This document shows positions 53,859-64,000 of a stretch of DNA of 64,000 bases, piece by piece. Numbering within the stretch: position 1 is the stretch's first letter; each line of letters starts with the position of its first letter. Below the pieces are notes generated by a model. That model had not been told where the DNA came from. It saw nothing but the letters and a program-made list of their open reading frames with translations, and ran no database searches. Origin of the DNA: Octopus sinensis (taxonomy: Eukaryota); contig NC_043015.1 of the NCBI RefSeq assembly GCF_006345805.1, positions 4,402,001 to 4,466,000 of the forward strand, given 5' to 3'. The position numbers and the translations under genes were made by a program.

Positions 53859-54739
53859 ATATATATATATATATATATATACATGCCTACTTATGCATCG
53901 CGTAAACAATACCAAAACGAGGCAAAGGTTCAATAACTCACCTCCTGGATCTAAAGAGCATATGCATCTAAATATTAACCAAGGAGATATAAACCGCATT
54001 GGTGAACACCAATTACGACTACGTCGTAGTAGAAGAAATACTTATGATACACCTTACACGGCAACAGCATCTGTAAATAGAGTCCGGCCTGCATTATATA
54101 CAAATAAAGACGATAAAGACTTATATAGAGAAAAAAACATTTAAAAAATGTCCTGTAATAGATCTCTGCATGAGTACAAATCTTGTACATAAGTGTACCG
54201 TATATTCAAGTGGTGAGGCGTATGTTTACATTAGGCAGCAGACGGTTGATTCATTTAAGAATCGTTATCCATCTTAAGAGAATCAATACGTGGCATTTAA
54301 CATCTTTGGACGATTTTGGAAGGCGACTGCAGGAGAATAAAATGAAGTACAGCATAATTTCGTCCATAGTAATGCACGCGAAACCATAAAATATAATTTC
54401 CATGTGATACTGTTCCTGCTCAGAGCAATCCGTCTTTATTCTGTGTTCTAGCGAAAAGATCCTTAATATAATTTCTGAAAGACTCTCAAGATGCCTACAT
54501 GCATATAAATGTAATTTCGCACAATGCAATGAGAATGAATTTTGAGTAACAGTTAAGATAATTTAATTTAAGGTATAGCCGACTTAAGGTTACATTTAAC
54601 CTCTCCATCCTTACAACCACCGAGCACATAGTTAACTCGCTTTCCATCTAAATATCATTGTATCTGGTGGTGCTCCTTTACTTGTACTTCTCGGTAATCC
54701 TGGTTGTAAATAGTCTTTAGTCTTTGGGAATGCTCATTT

Positions 54740-54835
54740 TATAGGCTTCCAACAAATGTCCTGGGATCGATTTCTTCGACTAAAGGAATTGCTCCAGCAT
54801 AGCTGCAGTCAAATGACTGAAACAAATAAAAGAAA
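54740..54835 (+). mobile_element. SINE family K 3' fragment
   Basis: GTCCTGGGATCGATTT..CGACTAAA..GCTCCAGCAT.GC.GCAGTCAAATGACTGAAACAA. Confidence 0.85.
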
Positions 54836-54841
54836 TATAAG

Positions 54842-54876
<35 letters not shown>

Positions 54877-54959
54877 TATATAATATATATATATATATAA
54901 TATATATATAATATATATATATATAATAATATATATATATATATTATATATATTATATT

Positions 54960-55005
<46 letters not shown>

Positions 55006-55053
55006 ATATTTATATATATATATTATATATATATTATAATATATATATATATT

Positions 55054-55084
<31 letters not shown>

Positions 55085-55101
55085 AATATATATATATATT
55101 A

Positions 55102-55141
<40 letters not shown>

Positions 55142-55151
55142 TGTGTATATA

Positions 55152-55190
<39 letters not shown>

Positions 55191-55202
55191 ATATATATAT
55201 AT

Positions 55203-55595
55203 AGGTGCAGGAGTGGCTGTGTTGGTAACCAACCACATGGTTCCGGGTTCAGTCCTACAGCGTGGCATCTTGGGCAAGTGTCTTTTGCTATAGCCCCGGA
55301 CCGACAAATGCCTTGTGAGTGGATTTGGTAGACGGAAACTGAAAGAAGCCTGTCGTATATATGTATATATATATATGTGTGTGTGTGTTTGTGTGTCTGT
55401 GTTTGCCCCCCCCCTAACATTGCTTGACAACCGGTGCCGGTGTGTTTACGTCCCCGTTACTTAGCGGTTCGGCAAAAGAGACCGATAGAATAAGTACTGG
55501 GCTTACAAAGAATAAGTCCCGGGATCGATTTGCTCGACTAAAGGTGGTGCTCCAGCATGGCCGCACTCAAATGACTGAAACAAGTAAAAGAGTAA
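55203..55595 (+). mobile_element. SINE family K, near full-length
   Basis: tRNA-like head with GGTTCAGTCC B box, CORE-like CTTGGGCAAGTGTCTT, internal TA/TG tract, tail GAAACAAGTAAAAGAGTAA; many copies in the window. Confidence 0.92.
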
Positions 55596-55737
55596 CATAG
55601 TATACATTTATATAGATGCATAAATAAATTATTGATGTTTCGCTTAGCGTGGGTGAAACTTCAGCGTTAGAAATCAATATAGATGTGATGTCTCAGAATA
55701 TAACGTCATAGAGTACAGAGCGCAATAAGAAATTAGC

Positions 55738-56129
55738 TTTATATATAAAAGAGAAGTAGTGTGTCTGTCTCCTACGATTTAGATTCCTAACTACTCCCAC
55801 ATTTTGCGGTGCAGTGTAACCAAAAGTGGGTATCTTATAGTCATGATTCATATCGAGTTCTTCTGGGTATTAGCGCGCGTCTACGATGAGTCTACGATTT
55901 TAGAGAAAAATTACCATCATTTCTTCCCGTTTTTAATGCCTTTTTTGCTATTATATAAGGGAAGTAACTCTCTAAAAATGTATTATTAAATCTCAGAACG
56001 TAAAAAGCTACAGTAACTCCGCCCTTTGTGGTTAGCCATATTGAGATGGCTATTATACTTTACATCTCTAAAAATGCTTATATAGTTACTTCCCTTACAA
56101 ACCCGAGCAACGCCGGGCGATACTGCTAG
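55738..56129 (+). mobile_element. Non-autonomous Helitron-like element
   Basis: 5' TATATATAAAA..., 3' hairpin CCCGAGCAACGCCGGG followed ~8 nt later by CTAG|T; no TSD. Confidence 0.78.
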
Positions 56130-56727
56130 TATTTAATAAATGAAAATGCGATAAAGAAATGGGCCGTTTCTCCAATAATATGACTGAAATCAGAATGAGT
56201 GCTTGCGCATCATTTTCAAGCATCGCCGGAGCTTGTAAAATAAAGTGTAAGTATATTCGGGGCCGCATTTATATATACGAAATGTCACTGTTGAAAAATA
56301 CTTTAAACAATACGTAAGACATTGTATAGGGAGTCCGAAAGAAAAGAGGGTCTCCCAGATTGGTATGCACTGCATCCTTACCAAACATAGGAGTAAGCTA
56401 ACGAAGTTCATTCCATTTCATCCTTTTTCTCCTTTATCTAATTACATTAATATGCGTTTGTGCGTGTTTATGTGTGTGTGAGGGGGTCGGTGTGAGTGCA
56501 TGTGTGCGTGTGTGTGTGTGTGAATACGAATATTTTATATTAATGTTTTGTTTGGCATCAAATTGTGTAGCAAATACTTGTGTCGGATTAATGGCTATAT
56601 AACCTTAATCATGATAAGTAGCCACGATATTGCAATTGTTACATGAACGATGTGCAGCATATGTCCTCTGTATTTCCCGTCTTCCTATGTTTTGTACATT
56701 TTCCTACTATAATTTCTATCACTGTAG

Positions 56728-56767
56728 CAACAACAAAAACATCATCATCAACAACAACAACAACAAT

Positions 56768-56813
<46 letters not shown>

Positions 56814-56818
56814 GCTAC

Positions 56819-56854
<36 letters not shown>

Positions 56855-56882
56855 TGCTACTACTACTACTGCTACTACCACT
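56728..56882. repeat. Compound (CAA)/(CAT)/(TAC)n microsatellite
   Basis: Direct observation. Confidence 0.97.
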
Positions 56883-57629
56883 ATAAGTATATTTTCACTC
56901 TGAATTGCGAGCCTTATGTGTAGAAGAGCCAATGTAGCAAATTGCTCAAATACTGTAACCTGTATACAATTAATTCCTGTGACATCATCGCGTTAAGTTA
57001 TTTAATAGAACGGTTTTGTGCAGTTTTTCTGTACACGATTCTCAGAAAAATTCCTTACACAAGTATTCTCAATAAGGGCTGGTTTAAAAATAAAGAAGAC
57101 CACATCCAGAAATAGAGTCCGATCAATTCTGAGGCAACAACAAACACACACACACACACACACACAGGCACACATATATATATACACACATAAACAACAA
57201 AATACACATAAGCACAAATATTCTCATACATATCGCTGAAGTAATGGAAGCTGGAATTTTTGTAATGAGGAATAGTGTATATATTCAGATTTATTGATTT
57301 CTTATCAAATCTACTGTTCCATATATACAGATCTGTCTACTTGATAAAGCAATTGCTTACCTTGTAAATAGGCATTAACGTTACACAGCACTGCATTAAA
57401 CGTGGATATTATCCCTGGTTTCGTCGATATTTATCCCATGTAACAGGAAGAAACTACGTCGATTCTCTACATATTGATATTTTGATGATTGAGTAGATAA
57501 CATACATAAGTGTGTCTGTGCGTTTGTGTGTGTGTATATGTGTGCATTTCTGTGTGATTATATGTAGACACCACGTATATGTATGTATATATGTATGTAT
57601 ATATATATATAATATATATATATATATAT

Positions 57630-57714
<85 letters not shown>

Positions 57715-57872
57715 TAATATATATGTACACACAGACACACACACATGCACATATATATATATATATATATACGCATATATACAAATATAAACAAATGTAC
57801 ATATGTATGTAGGTATATATATATATATTTATATATATACATATGTATATGTTAATATATATGTACACACAG

Positions 57873-57948
<76 letters not shown>

Positions 57949-58411
57949 ACATGTCTTCATATATGACATTTTTGTGAATTTATGCAGATGGTCTCTGGTA
58001 TATTTAATAGTTTCTTTGCACATAAAACTGAATACAAAATACGACAAAGTTCGGACACTAATGGCAACTATATAGTTACACTTAAACATAGAAATATGTT
58101 ACACATTCTCATTTGTCAGAGGTTATTTGCATAAAATACCGATATTTGTTATTGTTACAGCTAGATTCACTTTGGTCGAACGATAAAATGAGATGAAATC
58201 ATGCTCATCACGTCTTTTGTACATATATTCACTCCTCTATATTTCAAAATATTGAGGGTTTCTTTTTTGCTTATGTTATTCCTTCTGAAAATGGTATATT
58301 AGTTGAGATATTTCAAACCGTGCTGCTGTTCATGGGAGTGCGACTCGACTCAATTAATCTTAGTCTAAATGATCATGTGTACAAACACACGTATTTAATA
58401 TCTATATATTC

Positions 58412-58481
<70 letters not shown>

Positions 58482-58562
58482 ATATATATATATTATATAT
58501 ATATATATATGCGTGTTTATGCAAAATATACATATAAACATACATACATTCATATATACATG

Positions 58563-58596
<34 letters not shown>

Positions 58597-58611
58597 CCTG
58601 TATATATATAA

Positions 58612-58651
<40 letters not shown>

Positions 58652-58660
<9 letters not shown>

Positions 58661-59218
58661 TTAAAATTACTAAGTCTCTCTAAAGGAGATTACGACAGCG
58701 TTACTGGAAATTGATAGTTATCGCCATACTAATATGGCAGTCTTTTAAATATAAGACTAAAGCTGTCGCTGATTAGCTCCATGAGGCCATCACCTTAAGC
58801 TAGCTATTTGACTCACAAACTGCGTCCATTGTAAGCCTTCGAACAATGGAGGTCAGCCGCTTCATCCTGCCAGTCAGACAGCTACAGACGACGTTTCAGG
58901 GTTGTTGCCCCTTATCAATGCAGCGTAGTCAGACCCAGCAGGTGTCGCTACTGACTGTCCCAGTTGGAAGGCTTTATTTACCTAGTTTCAGTGGAATACA
59001 ACCACTTGATTTCAATAATAGAAATATTAGTATGGCGATAACTATTAATTTCCAGTAACGCTGTCCTAATCTCCTTTAGAGAGACCTGGTAATTTTAATA
59101 TTTCTATTATTGAAAACAAGTGGATGTATTCCATTGATAGCTAAAGCCTTCGAACTGGGACAGTCAGTAGCGACTTATATTTATAAGACTGCTATATTAG
59201 TATGGCGATAACTATTAA

Positions 59219-59219
<1 letters not shown>
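58652..59219. mobile_element. TA-flanked element with nested inverted repeats and a hammerhead-like motif (58881-58924, minus); Penelope pseudo-LTR-like
   Basis: 58652-58735 is inverted at 59024-59106; 58944-59025 is inverted at ~59099-59174; 58715-58756 is inverted at 59175-59219. Confidence 0.8.
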
Positions 59220-59266
<47 letters not shown>

Positions 59267-60269
59267 TATATATAAGCTATACATACACACATACAAACAT
59301 AAATTAACCAGAAATTGGAGAAACGTCTTGTTCAAAAAACTTTGGCTGCTATTGACTACCATCGATTATTAATTTGATACAAATCTTTATCACATCTAAC
59401 AGTCGTTTTTGCTCCCGATAGCCCTCAGCGGTGCGAAACAAATTCCTTAGAATGATATTCCATTGCTCATCCAATCTGGTACATGGAGCTTCATCGGAGA
59501 GAAGAAAAATACATGAAATAAAAGAGAACAGAAAAGGAAGGACCTCGGGATGAGGAAAGAAGTCTTAATATATTTGGCCCATGCCATTTTGCAGAGTAAC
59601 ACATCGAGGGACATTGGAAGCAGAAAATGCTGTTAGACACGCTAGCAGACACAAAGACATACACATGCACACACACGCGCGCAAACACATACAAACATTG
59701 TTATTGCTTGTATCCTATGAGTATAGTATCCTTGTTTACGTATTCCCAGGGTTATCATAGGCAATTTATACCGGTAGTAAAAACAGATATTTTCATCCTT
59801 TAGATGGTTAGTCCAATTTCTTACTCTACTAACAGAAAAATACATGACGCGCATAAGAGTAAAACGCATAAAAAATCTTCTAGTGGAGTGGAAACGAAAA
59901 GTACGATAGATAGATTGACGGAAAGGTGAAAAAATTGAACTGCCACGAAACGAAACGTTTGTTGTAGGCAGAGCCTGAGATAAGCGTTACTGAACCAGTC
60001 AAAGTCAAAGAAATGTAGAGGACAGAGATGATAGAATTGTTACGGTTTATATGATAATGGGAAGAGACAGAGTGGTGGAAGCCAGAGAGGTAGAAAGCAA
60101 GAGAGAAGTTGATGAGAGAGGGGCAGAAGGAAAGAGAAGCAACGCACACAGAGTGGATGAGAGAGACAGGAAGAGAGAGTGAGAATGAGAGAGAGAGAGA
60201 GATGAGAAACAGACCATGATACGTTTAAATGATTTGTTTCAGATATGTAACATGAGCCACGATAAAGCA

Positions 60270-60575
60270 CAGCCTAAAAAGTATTTTGTCAAAGACGCCG
60301 ACCCCAAGATGTATCCTTTGTTCTACCGTACTCTTTTGCCGAACTGTTAATCGGTTGTCAAATGATGCTGGGGCGACAAACATATATACACATACATATA
60401 TAGATATCAGTGTATATGCATGTATAAATACACGACTGGATTTTTCCGGTTCTATCAAATCAACTCACAAGTATTTCGTCGGAAACAGCCTGTAGTAGAA
60501 GACACTAGCCCTAGGTGCCACGCAGTGGGAATGAACCCGGAACTATTTAGTTTCCAAGCAAACTTCTTAACACTT
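60270..60575 (-). mobile_element. SINE family K, degenerate
   Basis: CTCTTTTGCCGAAC..., GTAGTAGAAGACACT.GCCC.AGGTGCCACGCAGTGGGA.TGAACCCGGAAC. Confidence 0.8.
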
Positions 60576-61920
60576 ATTTACTCAAATTATTATCACGCCA
60601 AATATATGGATGATACTTGAAGTGTTCAAGTGTTTCTTCACAAAACACGAATAGCGAAACACATTTTCGTATGAATATGTACATTACACTCTAAACTTCA
60701 AGATATTTTTTTTGTTGTGTGTATGTTTGTACTTGTTAAAATATCAGTGTCCGTTCGTATTCTTTGAGGTAGACACATACATGCCTCCAATCATTGTTGT
60801 CTCTTGTATATATATATATATAATAGTTTTTTTTTCGTATACACACACACACACGCATATATTATATATAAATATATATATACTTACATGCATACATACG
60901 TAGGCGTGTGTGAGTATGTATATACTATAGAAATGTGTCTATCTTCATATATATGGACGTTCAAAATCATTTGCTATATAAAGTTTTCGTTGTCATCTCT
61001 TACTTGTAAGGAGACATAAATTTTGATAAATCATTTCAATAGTTCTTGAAAGGTCGTTGTTTCTTGTTCCAGAACTTGCTTACATTGCACAATTATTAGA
61101 TTGGTTATTGTCGTGCTTAATAAACTCTAGCGCTTAGGTTATGTTCGACAATGGTCAGTCAACTATTGCCTATTTATTCAAAATATTTGGCAATGTTTCG
61201 TAAAGTTTTATTTCACAATTTTTTGAAATGCTTCACAAGTCTCTCTTTTCTTTACTGCTACTGAAACAAAATAAAATAAAACAAACATGTTTGTCCATTT
61301 CTAACAGACATTATCTAATTTTAGTTTAAGTTATATTGCGGTGTTGGAAAACAATTGATTATCTTTCTGAAAACAATTTAATATTTTTCTTCATTTTCTT
61401 CCACGTTTAATACTGTATAGCAAAATTTCATACGGTGATGATACTTTTTAATTAAACAGACTTTAATAATCTATATAATATTTTATGTACCTATGCTGCA
61501 TAGTTTGGACAACGTATTGAATCTCGTAATGAATGCAAACTGAATCAAAGTGTATCCTGTCCTGCATACGTGTTCCTTATCATGTATGTAGCGAAAATAC
61601 GTGTTAGATATTCTGTAGATTCGGTGGTACGAATGCAATAATGTATCAGAATTATTAACATATATTAATCCAGAAAAACATCATTCTAAACTGCATCACT
61701 ATCACTGCATTTCATAATTATCTAATGCTTCCTTGAGACACGAAAGTTGTACTCGAATCCATTACATAATATAGAAATAGAAATAGAGAACATTATGATA
61801 GTTTAGCAGCGTCTAATAGTAGCTGTATACGAATCAATAAATTTATATTAAATTTCCCTAAAAATTAGATATATTGAATTTCTAAATGTCTCAACGAGAC
61901 ATGAGCTGTGGTGGAGCGAT

Positions 61921-62418
61921 AGAGTGGTTGTGTAAAGTCAACATAGCGTGACAGTCCCGTATGGGAATTACAACACCGCTATATAACCCTAGGAAGCATC
62001 GACGCTTCCTGTCGGCTTTGACACATTTCCTAAGTCCTTATATTTGCAAAGGGGAGGCAAGCAACCCCACCAGCTACAACTAGCAACCTGGAGATATGCA
62101 TGTTTCTGGGTCTTGCTCGTCGTTAGTCCAGGGTAGTGTGTCCCCGCTAGCGATGATATATTTGCAAGGGCTTGGTAAGTATTACCGCTAGCGAGGACAG
62201 GCTACCCTGGAGTGACGATGGGCAAGACCCAGAAACATGCATGTCTCCAGGTTGCTAGTTCTAGCTGGTGGGGGTGCTTGCCTCCCCTTTGCAAATATAA
62301 GGACACTCGAAATGTGTCAAAGCCGACAGTAAACGTCGATGCTTCCTAGGGCTATATAGCGGTGGTGTAATTCCCTCTGCGGGACTGTTACGTTATGTTC
62401 ACTTTACACAACCACTCT
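61921..62418. repeat. ~500-bp fold-back (arms ~240 bp, loop ~20 nt); palindromic MITE or hairpin-RNA locus
   Basis: 61921-62159 is the reverse complement of 62180-62418, with roughly 25-27 differences by manual alignment. Confidence 0.95.
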
Positions 62419-62471
62419 TTCCCTAAAAATGATTCCGTGAAATGCACCCGGTACTACCGCAGATGTTATAT

Positions 62472-62503
<32 letters not shown>

Positions 62504-63295
62504 CAGTGTACATTGAAACACATAAAATATTACCCTAATAGGACGTTTGATTCACTAGAAAGAGCAGTTAAATCTCAAAGCCACTGATTGTTGCAATTCT
62601 GAAAGGGAATGAAAAATAAAAACATTAACCCTATCTTTCCTGGAGTATGCATAGTTTCGGCAATCTTATGTAAGTAAAAAAAAATAATCATAATTTACTT
62701 TTGGCGTCGCCTCGTCAGCAGGATGCTGTTCACTCAGCCGCTGAAATGAGCTTCGACATCACTAGTGCCAAGCTGTACCTTTGGATAACATCAGTGACGT
62801 AGAGAGGAATGTCATGTATGCATAAACAACCTTGTCCGGTGTGTAAAGTTTTACCTGAAAGCTCATGGTCATTCATGACCAACAGTGGTTCTTCGAAATG
62901 AGAGACTCAGAATAGACTGTTACACTCATTTCTTAGCAGTATAGCCGCTACTCATACATATTTTCTAGAACCCAGTAAATAGCCACATCATGACGAGAGA
63001 AAAAAGTCGTTTATTGGACATGCACCGTGTTTAAACTTGTATTATTTTCTCCGTCTTCTCTGCTGAAACTAGAAACTCCAATATATTATGTTTCTGGTTG
63101 TCTCTAACAATTTATGTTAATGTACCCGTTACAATAGCCCATACAAATCACTACACCCGTGTTGTGTTGATCTATCTCAAGTTAACGTTTTCTTACCAAA
63201 ACCTGTATAATATTTCCGAAAAAAAAATGAGTCGAAACCTCGTTTCTCAAAGTTCAGCGGCATCGGACTCTACACACATATATATCTATGCATAT

Positions 63296-63430
63296 GTACG
63301 TATGTAAGTATGCATGCATGTATGTATGTATGTATGTATGTATGTATGTATGTATGTATGTATGTATGTATGTATGTATGTATGTATGTATGTATGCATG
63401 TATGGATGGATGGATGATGGATGGATGGAT
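63296..63430. repeat. (TATG)n/(TGGA)n microsatellite
   Basis: Direct observation. Confidence 0.97.
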
Positions 63431-63764
63431 GTTTCTATATAACTATCTATCTATGTATCTATGTTTATACCTATACATTCATCTATGTATGTATCTATCT
63501 ATACATGCATTTTTTAATTAACACAATATATGTTGTTGTGTCTCGGAAGAATCACACTCTTTTAGGGCCTTATATTTTAACACACTCACCGGCAAAATTT
63601 ACACTTACTTCCTTCTTTAGTTTTCTAAGATTTCTTTTGCGTCTTACAATCTTTTCAAAACTATTGAAAAGGTTGCACTGAAATGTGATCTGTCCTCACA
63701 AACACCATTTTGCACTGTTCAATGTTTAGTGGCACATTGTTAAACAATGTAAGCTATTTTCTCT

Positions 63765-64000
63765 ATACTCTTTACTCTTTTAGTTGTTTCAGTCATTTGA
63801 CAGCGGCCATGCTGGAGTACCGCCTTTGGTCAAGCAAATCGACCCCGGAACTTATTCTTTGTAAGCCCAGTACTTATTCTATCGGTCTCTTTTGCCGAAA
63901 CGCTAAGTGACGGGGACGTAAACACACCAGCACCGGTTGTCAAGCAATGCTAGAAGAACGAACATAGACACACAAACATACATATATATATATATATATA
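63765..64000 (-). mobile_element. SINE family K 3' half (runs off the window)
   Basis: Reverse complement of 55370-55595. Confidence 0.92.

Overview
This is very AT-rich, repeat-saturated eukaryotic (animal) DNA. The tRNA-headed SINE families, the (TA)n/(TAA)n/(TAC)n microsatellite load and the Dong/R4, CR1-like and Penelope remnants are typical of a coleoid cephalopod, probably Octopus; this is inference, not a database result. No intact protein-coding gene is supported, and almost all listed ORFs are microsatellite or SINE read-through artefacts. Recognisable remnants are two mariner fragments and one Tc1/maT-like fragment, a Gypsy pol (RT-RNaseH-integrase) carrying two TSD-flanked insertions, several Dong/R4 and two CR1-like LINE fragments, a Penelope-like RT fragment, a TTAA piggyBac-type MITE, a non-autonomous Helitron and about 20 SINE copies from four modular families. 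One or two isolated candidate host exons lie near 25.8 and 27.7 kb. The most notable pattern is about a dozen minimal type-I hammerhead-ribozyme-like motifs from several unrelated short repeat families, usually anchored on microsatellites and often in inverted pairs, including a back-to-back pair inside a palindrome. Also notable are a ~500-bp GC-rich fold-back with G-U-biased mismatches, a near-perfect 3x ~493-bp tandem containing a SINE, and a TSD-flanked chimeric insertion built from two sequences found nearby.
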